From: the human T2T-CHM13v2.0 reference genome, Homo sapiens | Assembly (NCBI RefSeq): GCF_009914755.1 | Contig: NC_060937.1 | DNA length: 64,000 nucleotides | Direction: 5' to 3' (one strand) | Part shown: positions 1 through 14,618 of the stretch, in pieces | Layout: every line of letters begins with the position of its first letter | How positions within the stretch are numbered: the first letter of the stretch is position 1 | Translations under genes and position numbers: made by a program | Notes under the pieces: model-generated | Database searches by the model: none | What the model was told of the DNA's origin: nothing | Seen by the model: the letters and a program-made list of their open reading frames with translations, nothing else

Positions 1-1204
1 CAATTTGAATAGCAGTGTGCCTAAACAATAGCTTTATAAATTTACAAGAAGGCATTATGTCAGAGTTCTTATACGTTATATTATCTGATATTTTCTGTTT
101 TTATTAAAACATTGTAAAAGAATGTTTGCTATGTTATTGGAAAAGGAATTTTCATGACTTCAGAAATTTTATCTCTCAGTATGTAAATAAAGCTTATTTG
201 TTCAATGTACACATATATCTTTGTGTCTATGTGTATACGTCCACACACACGTGCGAACATACACATCATCCAAGAAAAAGTTCTAGGCTTTTAAACAAGA
301 GCCACAAAACCAGTGTCTTAGCTTCTCTGCAGGATATGATTGAACACTCCTTATCTTATTATAGTGACCCTGTGTTCTCCTGTGCCAAGTGTGCACGTCC
401 CAGCTGTGAATTTAAACCCAATCTCATTTTAAGTTTCCATTGTACTCAGTATGATCCTCATTTTTCACTGCATTGCCCTCGTCAGGGCCATGGTCTAGTC
501 TAGGACACTACCACTGATAAACCAAAAGCTGTAATTGAACTTATAACTACACATACTTTTCCTCCCGCCACAAAAGTATTCCTATAAATGAGAGCGAATA
601 GACTTTCATGCTTTGAAGATGGTGGGTAATCTTAAATAGCAATAACAGCATGCCCATGATCAATGTCAAATAGAAACACTGTGTAACTGCCTCACATCTG
701 ACTCTCAAACAGGTACAAGTAATTGTACTCATACGTTAGCACATCTTTGAAAAGCACTTTTAGATGGTGGAGATGGAGACCACCTGGCAAGGGAAGCCCA
801 TATCCTGAAATTAATCAAATACAGCTAGACTGCAAATATATGCTTTCTAATAATTGTAAACACATGTACTCTCCTTGTTTTTAGGTGTATTTTTTAAAAA
901 GAAAGGTCTTTCAATATTTATTGAATAAAGACTGCTTAAGGGGCATTTTAGTAGATAACCACAGCATAAGTTAGGGCCTTCCAACTGCACCTGACTTCAT
1001 GCTGCCCTCTTCTTCCTCTTCTTACATAGCTGTTCCCTGGGAGAGTCTGAGCTCTCACAGGGCCTCTCAAGAATCCTGAACCAAAATTTCAGGCTTAACT
1101 TGGTCCTCTCCTTCCTGTTCTTTCTCCCTTTATCTAAAACAGCAAGCACATTTGCACAGTTGTTCACATATAACTTCTTGCTACCCAGAAACTTTCATTC
1201 TTTT

Positions 1205-1620
1205 ATGCAATAGACATCAGCTCCCTACGGTGTGCTAGCATTATTCTAGATGCTGAGGACAAAGCACAAAGTTCATGATCTCGTGAATCTGACATTTCAA
1301 TGGCGAGACAGGAGTAAAAAAAAAACCAAATTTCAAATATATATATATATTATATATATATAGTGTGTATATATATATATATAGTATATAGTATATATAG
1401 TGTATATATATGGTATATATAGTATATACTATATATAATATAAGTGTTATAAAGAAAAATACAGCAAGGTATGGAATGCAACATGTTGTGGAGGGTGATT
1501 GCAAATGAAGTGGTCAAAGAGGGCCTCTCACAATAGAGCAGTGACCGGGATTATACAAGAAGAAGTATAGTCATGTGGCCGTCTTGGGAAGAGAGTCCAG
1601 GCACATACGGCTCAAGTGTC
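1205..1620 (-). mobile_element. L2 LINE 3' fragment, interrupted by a (TA)n microsatellite
   Basis: Degenerate L2-like motifs (tgtgctagcattattctagatgctgagga; taagtgttataaagaaaaatacagcaagg; gtggtcaaagagggcctctc) on both sides of the TA tract; boundaries approximate. Confidence 0.6.
1336..1442. repeat. Imperfect (TA)n microsatellite
   Basis: Directly visible TA run with scattered G interruptions. Confidence 0.95.
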
Positions 1621-2014
1621 CTTTCAAGACACTAATGAAGCTACTAAACACGTGCCTAATCATATGGGGTAACACAGGAAGCTTAACAGAGTAAACCGTC
1701 TTGAATGAAGAGATGCATTTATTTCTGTTGTGACACTAATTTTCTAATTAACTTTTCAAAAAATTTTACAGAAATTAACTTTGAAGCTATCAGTTTCTCA
1801 GAGGTGTTTACTGCCTTAACGGCATCCATAACAACAACATTTTGTATCTGTGTATTTCTGTTGTTTGTTTTTTGTTTTTTGTTGTTTTTTTTTTTTTCTG
1901 CATGACAGCCCACCACTTCACTAGATGCTCAAAAAGTTTAACGAACATGTTTGCAAAATGGAGAAATGCTGTTTATTATGAGCTGTGTATGGGGGTATGA
2001 GTATGAGGGGGTGT

Positions 2015-2207
2015 GGCTCTAAATTCAGAGAGACCTGGATAAGAATTCTAGTTGTGCTATCGCTGTCTGTGTGACTCTGGGCAGGTTACTAACATCACTT
2101 GATCTTCACTATGACGATTCACAAAGGAAGGCAAATAACACATTGCTGGAAGAATTTCATGAGGTCAGGTAGATAAAGTGTCTGAGCCCGGCTTGGCACT
2201 CAATAGG
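2015..2207 (+). mobile_element. MIR SINE fragment
   Basis: MIR core-like motifs: cagagagacctgg...tgtgtgactctgggcaggttact...aaagtgtctgagcccggcttggcac. Confidence 0.65.
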
Positions 2208-2239
2208 AGCAAAAGAGATCGTCCATGGTGAGTATTTCC

Positions 2240-2400
2240 CATGCTTTATTCTGTATCATTTTTACAGCCACCCTGTGCTCTATGCATTATTACTCCCATT
2301 TTATCCAGGAGGAAATGGAAGTTCTGGAAAGTGAGGTAATTTTCCCCACACGCTCACATCTTGGAAGTGGAGGGCTAAGCTTCAACTCTAGGATTTCTTC
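2240..2400 (-). mobile_element. MIR SINE fragment
   Basis: Reverse MIR core: attattactcccattttatccaggaggaaatggaagttctggaaagtgaggtaattttcccca. Confidence 0.65.
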
Positions 2401-3369
2401 AACCACGAACACCTGGCTTTGTTTGTTTCCTGTTTTTGTTTTTTAATCTGCTATGTCACTTCACAAATAAATGATAACTATTCTTTTTTCTCACCTGTCA
2501 TACCTAATCACTCTCTAAGACCTGAGTATTGTTTTCACTTTGTTTTTTTAAATGACTCTTTTATTAATCCCCTCATTTCCATTCTCACTGCCAGCACCAT
2601 AATTCTGACAATTATCACCATATAATAGAAATACGGTGGCATTTTAAATCAGCTTTTTAGCTTTCATTTCCTCCATCTTCCCCAAATTAGTTTCCTTAAA
2701 TCACTCTCAGAGCAATAATCACTGATTTAGACCCAAGTAGGGCATCAAATTAACAAAGACCTAGTTCATCTACTCCATCCTTTCCTAGGTGATGTGAACT
2801 GGATATTTCCCTCCACAATTCCTCATTACTAGGAATATATGAAGCTTCTATGCTGTATTCTCTTTAAAGGCTTCCTTTAAGATCATTTAAACTAGAACTC
2901 GTATGCATCACATCTTTGTGAAGGAAGTAAGAGTACTTTATTTGACAAATAAATTCTGGTTTGTCCTATTTTTAAAAATCATGATTAAAGAACCAAATAA
3001 AGCTACATTTTCAATAGCTGACAAGTTAAGTGACATTTAAAATTTTAATTACTGCTTTTGTACTCATATGAAGTTAGATGATGTCAGATGAAATATGGAG
3101 AAAAGATAATATGTGTTGTTTAGCAGCAGTAAAAACAAAAACAAAAACTTAAACCTTTTCTTTCAAATAAGTAACATTTCCTCCCCACCCCAAATCTCCT
3201 ACTGTTTCCATTACCCTAATTTAAGCAGTTGAGAGATACTTCTGGAGATCATACCTTGGGTTTCTTTCAATCACAGAAGTTATCAACAGGCTTTTTTTTC
3301 TGTTTATTTGACTACCTCAACTGAACTGCAAGGTATTTGAAAGTAAGAACAATGTTTCAACCATATCTT

Positions 3370-3430
3370 TCTGTCTGTCTGTCTGTCTCTCTCCCTCTCT
3401 CTCTCTATATATATATGTATATATGTATAT
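3370..3430. repeat. Compound (TCTG)n/(TC)n/(TA)n microsatellite
   Basis: Directly visible. Confidence 0.9.
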
Positions 3431-5002
3431 CCAACACAGTTACAAAATAATTGCTATATTCAAGTGCATAGAAGCTATGGTTTGAAAACTGGCAAGAAGC
3501 ACATTTGAAATGACATCATGACTTATGAAAAAAGGATTGGTTTAAAAATACATGTCCTTTCCAAAAATTTTACTTTTTAGTGGAGTCATTCCTGGACCTT
3601 TTGTCTTTAGAATATTTATAATAAAGCTATTTGAAACCCAAATCAATTAACTTTCTCATTCCCCTTCATGTCTCTTACCCCTCAACAAACTCTCAAAAAG
3701 AAAGGTGCGTTTTAAAAAATGAATTATACACATGTTCTTAGTGGGTTTACAGATAAAGAAAAACAACCTTCCTACTGTTTTACATTCTCAAACATTTTCA
3801 GGTAATTATCTGAAACAGACCTTGTAAGAGCAGAATTCCTTTCTTGAATCGTCTTTTGGGCAGAATCCAAAGGCAAAAGGACTGAAATAAGGAAATCAAT
3901 TCCTGCCAAGGAGTGCCTGAAAAGCTCCAGCTAAATGAACTGATGTAATCTCAGTACAGGGCTAGTAGGCGGTAACGGCAGGGAATTCTCATTACTCCTG
4001 AATTTTGAGGAGGAAGGAAAAAGAGTAAAGTACTCTAGCAGTTTCAGCTGGTGGAAGTCAAAGATTACTGATAAGGCATGGGCCGAAGAAGTGCTCCCTT
4101 GATTCAGCTTGGGCGATGTGTCTTACACTGTTTCACCTGGCCCCAAGTGACAGCAAATCAAGGTACCACTATCAATTTTATTTGCCCAAACAGATAGTGA
4201 AACATAGACAAGAAATTGGAGAGATTAGATAGATAGATTAAAAAATGAAAAAAATACAGCACATTTAAGCTTGTGACCTGTGTCCCAAATCCCTCAACAT
4301 ATTACAGGAAAAATTCCAGTGTTTATCTGAATGGGCACAAGCATGCTTTGGAGTCATGTGACAAAAGAAAAGCCTTCTCTGTAGTTCCCAAGAATGGTAA
4401 GGGAGAAATCTGCAGAGGATGCAAGATTTCTTTCACAATGTTAACCATCTCAGATAATATAAAAGGCAAGCACATCTCCTGGTATTTCACTGTATGACTG
4501 CATATTGCATATTGTATATTGTTAACTCACATTTGCAGAGACTGATGTATATTGAAAAGGAAGAAAAAGAGAATCATCAGGAACTATGAACAATTGTGTG
4601 TTCTGTACAACATCTGGAATACTGGTCTTAAATAACTATTCCTTTGCTCTTGAACTTGCAAAATTGTATACAGATATATTTCATACAGCAATCTACGGAA
4701 TTATAAAAGTATTCTGAAGTCAGAAGATTTGGGAATGAATTTGTGTCCTAAGACAATTGTGGAGAAATTAGCAAAACATGCTTTAGTTTAATTAAATTGA
4801 TGATGTAGATTTGGTCCTTTCTAATATGTTTCAGAAAAATAGGATATATTCATTTTCTTTCTTTTAAGAGGGAAGAGAAGCAATCCAGAAAACATGCATT
4901 AAAGCTTCCTAATCAAGATCAGCTTTTATTGTTAAAAAGTGCTAAGCAGAGCCTAAGAGGTGAAATTATGATGGTATTAGTACTCTATACTTACTTAAAG
5001 GT

Positions 5003-5350
5003 TATGCAAATCAGGATAGTCTAGATTATGCTGCAGAAAATAGCCCCAGATTCTTAATGGTTTAAAGCAAACAAGGTGTATTTCTTACTCATACTACAAG
5101 TCCATCTCAGGTCAGCGGGTGGCTCTATTGTTAATTGTACTCACTTTGTGGTCTTAGCTGATGGAGCAAGTACTACCCGTAACATTGCTGGTTGCTATGG
5201 CATAGTGAGGTAGAGAGTTCTGGACAATCTCCCGTAAGCAATTACATGCTCCAGCCCAGCAGGGATAAACCTCATACCAGCCCACAATTCATTGTGTACC
5301 ATTCACAAGGGACCATCTACCACAAAAAAAGCCAGGAAGCATAAATACCA
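5003..5350 (-). mobile_element. MaLR LTR relic (MLT1J/K-like)
   Basis: tcaggatagtctagattatgctgcag...aatggtttaaagcaaacaaggtgtatttcttactcat resembles the reverse 3' end of old MLT1 LTRs; subfamily from memory. Confidence 0.65.
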
Positions 5351-5361
5351 GAAGCAGCAGC

Positions 5362-5525
5362 TGCCATTTATTAAGGTCCAACTACATGCTAAGCTTGGGG
5401 AGGTGCTTTAACTACTTTGCATAATTTTAATACTTACAATAACTCTTGCAGGTAGATATTATTAAAATTCCATTTAGCTTACTAAATGAATCTGAGGCTC
5501 ATAGAATTTAAAAAGCTTTCCAAGG
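5362..5525 (-). mobile_element. MIR SINE fragment
   Basis: ccatttattaagg...ctactttgcataattttaatacttacaataactct...gaatctgaggctcatagaa. Confidence 0.6.
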
Positions 5526-6888
5526 CAAAAAAAAAAAAATGCTACCACATTCTGATTCTGATAATGGTCACCCTCCTTTCCTCTATACTATACTGCCGAT
5601 TTGCCAATGAGGTCTCACATGCTTTTTAATTCGTTGCTTTAAAAACAATAGCAAAATGCCTGTTTCATGCATAGAGCCATTTGGGTTTGATTTTATACTT
5701 TATATAACAAAACGTCTGTGAGCAAATTAATGACATAGAGCTAAGACATGGTTTTAATAGCTTATTTATAGAAAAGGAATGAGCAGCCATAACACAAATG
5801 TGCTCAAAGTAGATATTGTTTCTATTTCTTACAACACAAAAGTGTACAACAAATAGGTTGCAGAGTGATAGGTACTATGAGGAATTGATATGATATTTAT
5901 ATAGTGTCAAGAGTCCAGCCTATAGGAAAATTGTAGAGAGAGCAAGAACATTTTGCATAAATTATTTAATAGAAAAAAGAAATAGGATACTCCACTCTAT
6001 GAATCCCCTCTTTGCTTCTTTTCTTTGCTTGGATAGTTCTCCTGGCCTCATTGTTAACCTCAGAAAATTGTCCCATCTGGTCCCAACTGTTAAAGTGCTG
6101 GAGACCTCTGTTGAGCAGCATCTTCAAAATTGCCAAGTGTTCTAACTCCCTGATATTAGAAAACAGTAGACTGGAAAATTACAGGAGATTGGTTTCCATA
6201 GACCCTTGTTTACAACTGTAGCTTGTAACTAGACAGCTCCAACTCATTCTATGGCAAGTGGTTTCTCAGAAAATTCTCTAGATCAGAAAAAAACAACCTG
6301 TGCAGCGAATTTTAAATCCTATTTATTCCTTCCGAAATTGCTGCATTTTATAGAGACAATCAGCCTGCGTACCAGTGCAAGAGCCTAAAATATTTTCTAG
6401 ATTTAATATAAACATTACAAACAGAGGAAATTATTTAAATGGTATAAAATAATAAGGAATAACTATTTTTAAAAACCTAACAATCAGTTAGTGCTTTTAT
6501 CATATCAAATGCATTAAACTTCTCTGAACTGAAGTCTTTTCATCATAATGTACTAAATTAAATATCTGTTCCTTGTAGAATATGATTCTGCTAAACTAGA
6601 TTAAAATCAAATCATGGACAAAATCAATTTTACTTACAATAATCCTAGCCTACTGAGACTCCAGTCTAGTAATCACAATAAATGTCTCTCCTCTTTATAT
6701 TTCTTCTGCAGTTCTGGACATTCCCAAAAGATGGAATTTGTTGACATTGCACACATTTTTAATGTATTTTATTAGAGTACTATGAAAAGAAGCAAATGAC
6801 ACATTTCAACAATCCCTTAGGGCATTCAAAGGGGTAAAGTATATGTATTTTTGTATCTGTGTATGTGTGTGTATCTGCCTGTGTGGAA

Positions 6889-6936
<48 letters not shown>
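6889..6936. repeat. (ATAG)12 tetranucleotide STR
   Basis: 12 perfect ATAG units counted. Confidence 0.97.
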
Positions 6937-8176
6937 CAGAGAGGTAGACAGATAGACAGATATTTATACATATATCTCCAAAAATGGAACCTGAATGAAC
7001 CTAAGGGATTATTTGATTTAAGAGAGAATGCCAAATATTTAAACTGTCTTGGGGGAATTATGGTGACATTGGATCTTAGGATTACTTCTCACATAAAACT
7101 CAGAGGATTTGGTATCTTGTCAGAAAACTAGAGTGAAGCATGCTTACATGATGTTAATCATGCATTCCATCATTCTTTTATTGCAAGCCCACTAAATGGT
7201 GACAAATCAAACTGAAAAGAAAAACGAGCGTGTTCTCTGCCATGGCTGAGCATTTTTTTAAAGAGCACACTCTAAGAGCTCAGCTTTGGTCATTTGCCAA
7301 AGAAAAGTGTTATTTTATTAGTCTAATTTTAATAGAATACATGAAAACAAATACTTGCTTATCTTCTACTTAAAGGTGCAATTATTCTTTCCCAACTTTT
7401 TTTCAATTCTCTAAAATTACATTCTAGTTTTAGATATCAATTAAACTTCAACTGCAGTAAAACCCAGTGAGATAGAATTGAACTTGGAAGCTGATGAATC
7501 ATATTATAATGATACATGTTAGAAACCTGTAATGGCTAAAAATTCTATTAAATACACCATAATAGTATAGTTTAGAGGATACTTGTACAACTTGGGTTAA
7601 TTTTAATTTTGAGCTTCAAAAATTCTGCTGGAAAATATTGTCTACCACCACCACTGGTTTTGAAATGAAGAAGCTGTGAATCAAATAATTGGCAGGAAAA
7701 TTATAAAGCCTTATGGTTAGTAGGGGCAGAGCAGGTTTTACTGCAGGGCCAGTAGTCTTTCACTTGAAATGAAAAATAAGAATTTTGCTATTGTCACTCC
7801 TTTGGTGGCACTTTGATTTTATATCTAAGAAAGTTAAGACTATGCTTAAAAGTCACATGCTAATTAGAATATTTAGCAATCACGGTGGGAAAGAAAAATC
7901 AGTACATGTTTTGAAAGACTAAGATTAAAAGATATCATGATTCGAAAAGAGTCAGTCTCCTACAGTGCTAGTAAAAGTAAAAGCTGACTCAAATTTTCTG
8001 GATAATATGGCTTTAAAAATCACATGCTACAATATGTGTTTCCTTCACTAAACACCCCTACCTTAAGAAATTTAGTTTTCAAAAATGATATAATGTGTGT
8101 GCTTGATGATGTGAGAGTTCAGGGTTGTTTCTCATAGTATTTTTTAAATGGAAACGATATATTTGTGCATGTTTAG

Positions 8177-8561
<385 letters not shown>

Positions 8562-9231
8562 TAGAGAATGCATGGTTCAATTTAAGCCAGATATGGAGAA
8601 ACCTTCTATTTTTTTAAATATATGACTAAAATAAATGCTTAAGAATTTTTAATGAGGCCTTTCATACAGAATTTTTTTTATTATATTAGTTTAAAATTCT
8701 AGGGATTTTATCAGTGTTTTTCTTACTGCAGGAATAGCAGATATAGTTAACATGAAATTTAATAAGTCACTTCTTACTTTTCCACATTAGCAAACATCTA
8801 ATAATTTTTCCTGTATAACCAATTCCAGTATGTCCAATTTGGTTGCAATTTGTTCAAGGACATATATTTCCCTAATCAGATTATATGCATATGCACTTAT
8901 AATTTTCCCTTAATATTATATTCAGAACAGACACAACACATCCATATGAAATGCACGGATCTATATCCTCAATAGCATTGTTGCCTATTAACAGTGTAGA
9001 ACTCTGCTTCTAAGAGTGATAAATGACTAAGGCCTGGAAACAACCTAGGGCTGTCAGGCTTGCTGCGGTTATTTGATGCTTTTCCTCTTCTCTTTTAAAC
9101 CAAGAATTTTAGCTGAAATTTTTCATTCCTATTTCTAGCCATCCTACTACATGCTATATTTTCCTTCAATTTAATTGTGGGAGAAGGTGTCTGTGTTAAT
9201 GAGCAAAGAACACAATTGGCAAGTTCGACAC

Positions 9232-9523
9232 TAGAATCACTCAGTAAGAAGTATGTATGCCACATATATAATTTTTAATACTAACTAGACATAATTTACT
9301 AGTGACAAGAAATAGGCAAAATAAATTCTAATAATATATTTTACCCCATGTATCAAAAATTGTATCATTTTGATATGTAATCTATATAACATATTATGAA
9401 TGAGATATTTCCATTTTTGTGTACTGGCTTCTGAATTACTTAGAGACCATCTCAATTTGGACTCGTCAAATTTCAATGCTTAGTTGCCACCTGTGGATCA
9501 CAGCTACCCTATCGGATAGCACA
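9232..9523 (+). mobile_element. MER33 hAT-Charlie DNA transposon relic
   Basis: gccacatatataatttt...aataatatatttt...aatgagatattt...catctcaatttggact...gccacctgtgg...gctaccctatcggatagcaca follows the MER33 layout. Confidence 0.8.
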
Positions 9524-10479
9524 TACTTCATTAGTGTGAAAAAATCATCTGTCTTCCCAAAGTAGACACTCTGTAACCATGTGATTTTATTTTTTAAATA
9601 CTTTTTTTTAAAAAGTATTTAAAAAATCACCAAAGCTAATAAAACAAAACAACAATAAAATAAAAATCTGAATATATTAACAGAATGCCTGACAGCGGCG
9701 AAGTGGTCTTCGTAAGTCACTGATATAAGTAAAGAATTTGGGGGGTTCAAATGTTGATCATCGTGGGGAATAGCGATGGGGGGGGCAGTTTCATCCAAGA
9801 TATACTAAAACATTAAAGATTGAAAACTAGTTTGGTAGATAGGATCAGGTATATGTAAGTGTTCTTGGTCAGAAAAGCCTTCAACTAGATCCGGTAAAGG
9901 TCTGGCAAACTTAGGTCACTCAAAGTTCATAATTCTTTATTACTTGCATTTGGTTAGAACCAGTTGTGATGACAGCATGTAGTTTTGATAGCTTCTAATC
10001 AAATTCCTCTAAACATAGCACATTTTTATTTTACAATAAAATAACTTCAGAAAGCAGTGTAAAACAAGTATAATAAATATAAGTCGATGCTAAATGCTTT
10101 CTAACTATACAGGGTAAAATCATAAGCAATAGTGTTAATAAGATCAGCATATATCAAAATAGTATCACATTTAAATGTTCTTTTAAAATATCTCAGTGTT
10201 AGGTAAATGGAGTCTATAAAATATGGTTTCTATTTATTAAAAGTTTATTTATTTAATAAATTATTAATTTATTAAAAGTTTATTTTATTATGAAAAGTTT
10301 TTTTATTAAAAGTTCATTTTTTCAAAAAGCAGTGATCAACAAAAGTTAGCTTTGCATGACACATGGAATATGCATTATTATAATCTGGATATGTAAAGGT
10401 GCCTGAAATGTGGTCTCTATCCTCAAGGAAGAGAAATAGGAGGAAAGAGAACCAATGTTTAGTCTGTATAGAAAATTAG

Positions 10480-10660
10480 GAGCTACATAGTTATTATATT
10501 TAATCATAATACCTTTAAGAGTGAATATTGGTATCTACATTTTTCATATGAGGAAACTGAAAGTCAGAAATATTAAATAGCCTGTTTCTGTTTCAACAGG
10601 TAAATGGCAAAGTCAATAACAGAGCACATGCGTTTGATCCCAAACCTCAAACTCATTTCT
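10480..10660 (-). mobile_element. MIR SINE fragment
   Basis: atttaatcataatacc...catttttcatatgaggaaactgaaagtcagaaa. Confidence 0.6.
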
Positions 10661-12857
10661 GAACAGCCTGTTGCTTGCAGTTTAGAACCCTATAGCACAA
10701 AACTTAAAGCAGAAAAAATAAAGCCAACATAACCCTTTTTCAAACATTTGCCAAAGTGACACATTTAACACATCAACTATTTGTGTAAAAACAATGAATA
10801 CAACAACTTTGAATCCTAAAATTATCCTGTTATGTGAAAATATGATAGTAAGGACCAAGGACTAATCCTAACAGAATGTGCTCACATGTTACTTTCTTGT
10901 CATCCAAGTTATTAAATACAAAATGTAAGTCTCTGAATTAAAAATTGTCATCCTATCTCATTAGAAAGGTCTCTAAACAAAAATCAGTTGCACATAAAAC
11001 TTGAGTCTTCCTGACATTTTTAAAAACTTCCCTGACATTTTAAGATTGGGAATGCTTTTATAGTAACATTTATATTGAAAGGAACACTAAATAAAACTAC
11101 TTGCCTCACATTTAATTCTCACTGTTTAAGGCATATAATAAAATGCATTTAACTTAAATTTTCATAAAACTTTATCATATTAATACTCATTTTCTAATAA
11201 TTTTCTAGAATGACTACAAATATGCTTTTTTAAAAAGAGAATTGTCATTAAGGAAAAGAACATCATGAATAACAGTATTGTTTTGCAACCTCTGAATTCC
11301 TCTGAAACCCCAAATAAACAGAGTTGAGTTGAATGTAGGGTCAGCCCTTATTTTCTGTGTTGGTGTTAGGTGTTGGAGAAAATAATACTCAAAAGAAAAT
11401 AAGTTTGAAATTCTATTCACCTGTACAATTCTTTTAAAAAATTAACTCTAATGTTTTTAATGTAATAATCTACTAACAAACAAAATAAAAGAAAACCTTT
11501 ACATCGAAACCATAGGGTAATAGGATTACGTCAGCCTCAAAAGCATCAGACCAGTTACAAGCCTGCTTAATTCCCTCCTGCTTCCCAGTCCATGCTGAGA
11601 ATGAGCAGCTTGATCTCACGCTAGTGCTTTTCACACTCTATAATTGACCATCTCCTTTCTTTCTGAATTTGCTTTTTGCAGACCACAATATTTCTTTATG
11701 GTAAAGAAATCATTATATTTATTTACTGTGAGGAAATTTGCTCTAATTAAATTGTTGAATAAACAGTACTAATGGGAACAGATTTAAGCAGATTAATTGA
11801 TAAAGAATTTTTGGTACTAATTGCTCTGCTTCTCATAAAAATCTTGGGATTGTCAAATGTTGGGTATATTCATAGGATTATGTTGGACATGAGAATATCA
11901 TTCATCCTTTGTGTCACATCAAGGAAAAGACTAAGAACTTTTTTTTACAAAATTCATTAATCTTCCCTCTATCTTTTCATATAGAGTATTTCAAAATTAA
12001 TTGAAATGTTCTTGATTTTTATCAACCCTGCTACTAGGTCATGCAGGTTAAAGTATTACATTATTAATATAAAAATATATTTTAAATAAAAGAGTTATTT
12101 AAAAATATATTTTAAATAAAATAGGGTTATTTTACATTTAGAGTTTTTTTAATGCCTACATATCGTTACCTTGTTTTATTGTGGACTAAATTAAGATTTA
12201 CCTCCTCAATTGTGTGTTCCTACCAAAAAAAGGTAAAGACACCCATCATAAAATTTAACCTCCACCTGATGTTAATTGTTGTGGAGCATAACTACTGTAA
12301 AGAAAAAGAGAGTCTCATTTCACCCTCACAGGTTCAAAAAAGAAAGTTCATTTAAATCTGTCAACAGCTATTAAGAGGTTTCTGAAATCAGTAACAGTAA
12401 ATGTAAAGAGAAGTAGACAGCCTTTCACTGTTAAGTGTGAGAGGTATTAACACCTTACAGTTAGCATGAAAGTAGCCTTTATTACTTTTAAACTTTTCCT
12501 CTTCAGACTCACAATTGTTTCAGTAATCTACCTGCTGTGTTTGTTTATAATGATTACAGAGAACAAGCAAAACAACTATTTTATGTTGAGCCTTTCCTGT
12601 TTCATCTAAGCATTGCAATTCCCACTGATTAAATTATACAGAGGACATCTAGAATCATTAGATTCAGTCTTAATGTATATTTCTCTGTAAATTATGCATC
12701 TTAATAGCTCTCCTTTTTACAAAAAATCACTGTGATCTGTAGTAGGTATTTCTAATTATTGGTTCAATTGAGTTCTGGAATGTAAAATCTAATAATTATG
12801 TAAGTTGATTCTTTTTTTTCTGAAAACATTGGTACTCACAGTTTATATTTAGGCAAT

Positions 12858-12987
12858 ATGAAGATGCAGATTCTTGCCCCACCTTCTAGAATTCTAACTC
12901 AGTAAGTCTGGAGCAGTTGTCTGTATTTTTATCAAGCTCCTAAACTCTAAGTAGTCTGGCATATATTTTGACAAAATGCCATTCTAG
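12858..12987. mobile_element. MER5-type hAT relic
   Basis: atgcagattcttgccccacc...tcagtaagtctggagc...tctgtatttttatcaagctcc. Confidence 0.55.
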
Positions 12988-13606
12988 CAAATTGAGGCAA
13001 TAATCTGAACACTCAGATTTACATATTCATTCTCGCTAACTTCCCAAACAAGAGGCACTATCTCTTCAGAGATTTTCTTCTAAGGAAAATCAACTCTCCC
13101 TGCCCTGCACACTCCCTCAACCCCCAGTCATAACAGAAAAAACAAGGAGAGCCAAATTATTTCATGACGATAGAATAATCAAATGTAATAGTTTAGTGAC
13201 TCCTTTTTTCTCTTTCATGCTTAGCCACTGGGAGTAATATTTTCTTAAACCAAATAAATGTTCAACACTATTTAAATCACAAAAGAAGAAACATAAAAGG
13301 CTAAACTCACTAAATATAAAAAGCCAATTGATATCACTATGTAATATAATTTTGGACTCTGAAATTGGCAAAATTTAAAAATTTGTAAACTGATAATTTC
13401 TACCTTTGCCAAAACCTTGGTAGGGATATAAATTTATGCAATAGTGAAAGTAATTTGGTACTATCTATCAAAACTAAAGTTACCATAATATTTGTCTAGC
13501 AAACTTACTTTTAACAATTTTTTTCTATGTAAATAGAACACAAATTTATTGAAAGTTTATCAATAAAAAATTCGGAGAAATTATTCAATACTAAGAGAAT
13601 GCTTTA

Positions 13607-13928
<322 letters not shown>

Positions 13929-14101
13929 TCAATAATCTGTTACCTTATAAATCTCAGAAAAAAATACCAAAGTTACGATGTGGTTTATGCAATTGAACGT
14001 TTGATAACTGAAAGCTGTAGAGTTTTGCATAAGGCTTATTTTTAATCATTAAGAGATGTAATTCTGAGCAGACTAGGAGTGACTACTGATCTCTCTGTAG
14101 G

Positions 14102-14618
14102 TATTAGTGAAGCTCAGAACACAATGCCCCAAAACATGGCACCTAGGCACTGAGTATTTTAAACTGAAGGAAATTGAGAAAACCACAGAAGCAAAAAGGT
14201 CACTCTCTGACCATCTATCACCATTTCCCCCTGAGGCCACAAAAAGAATTATCTGTTCTACTTCCCCTGAAAGTAGGTCATAAAACCCTCATTCTAGAAG
14301 GGTCTTACCCTATACCCAGAGGAAAGGGATAAGACACTCAAACTCAGAAAATTTAGAACAGCCTTTGCTGAGGTCCCTGCATTTTTCCCATTAGATCGTA
14401 CCCTCTTGACTGCCAATCACACTTCCGCATGACTATCCTTAAAAACACAGTTTTCCTTGGGCCTTTGGGTCTTTATTTCTGAAGACTCCCATGTCATTAA
14501 ATACTTTGGTTAGATATATTTGCTATGCTTTTCTCTTGTTAATCTTCCTTTTTTATAGGGATGCCAGCCATGAACCTTGTGATGGGTGAGAAAGAGATAT
14601 TGCATTTTCTTTCCTACA
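14102..14618 (+). mobile_element. ERV1 solo LTR, MER34-like
   Basis: gctcagaacacaatgccccaaaacatggc...aactgaagg...ctgaagactcccatgtca...cttttctcttgttaatct; ends in cctaca; subfamily from memory. Confidence 0.75.

Noticed and set aside
126-503. 125-aa Cys/His-rich ORF
   Set aside because: Composition follows CA/TG-rich sequence; no zinc-finger spacing; non-ATG start
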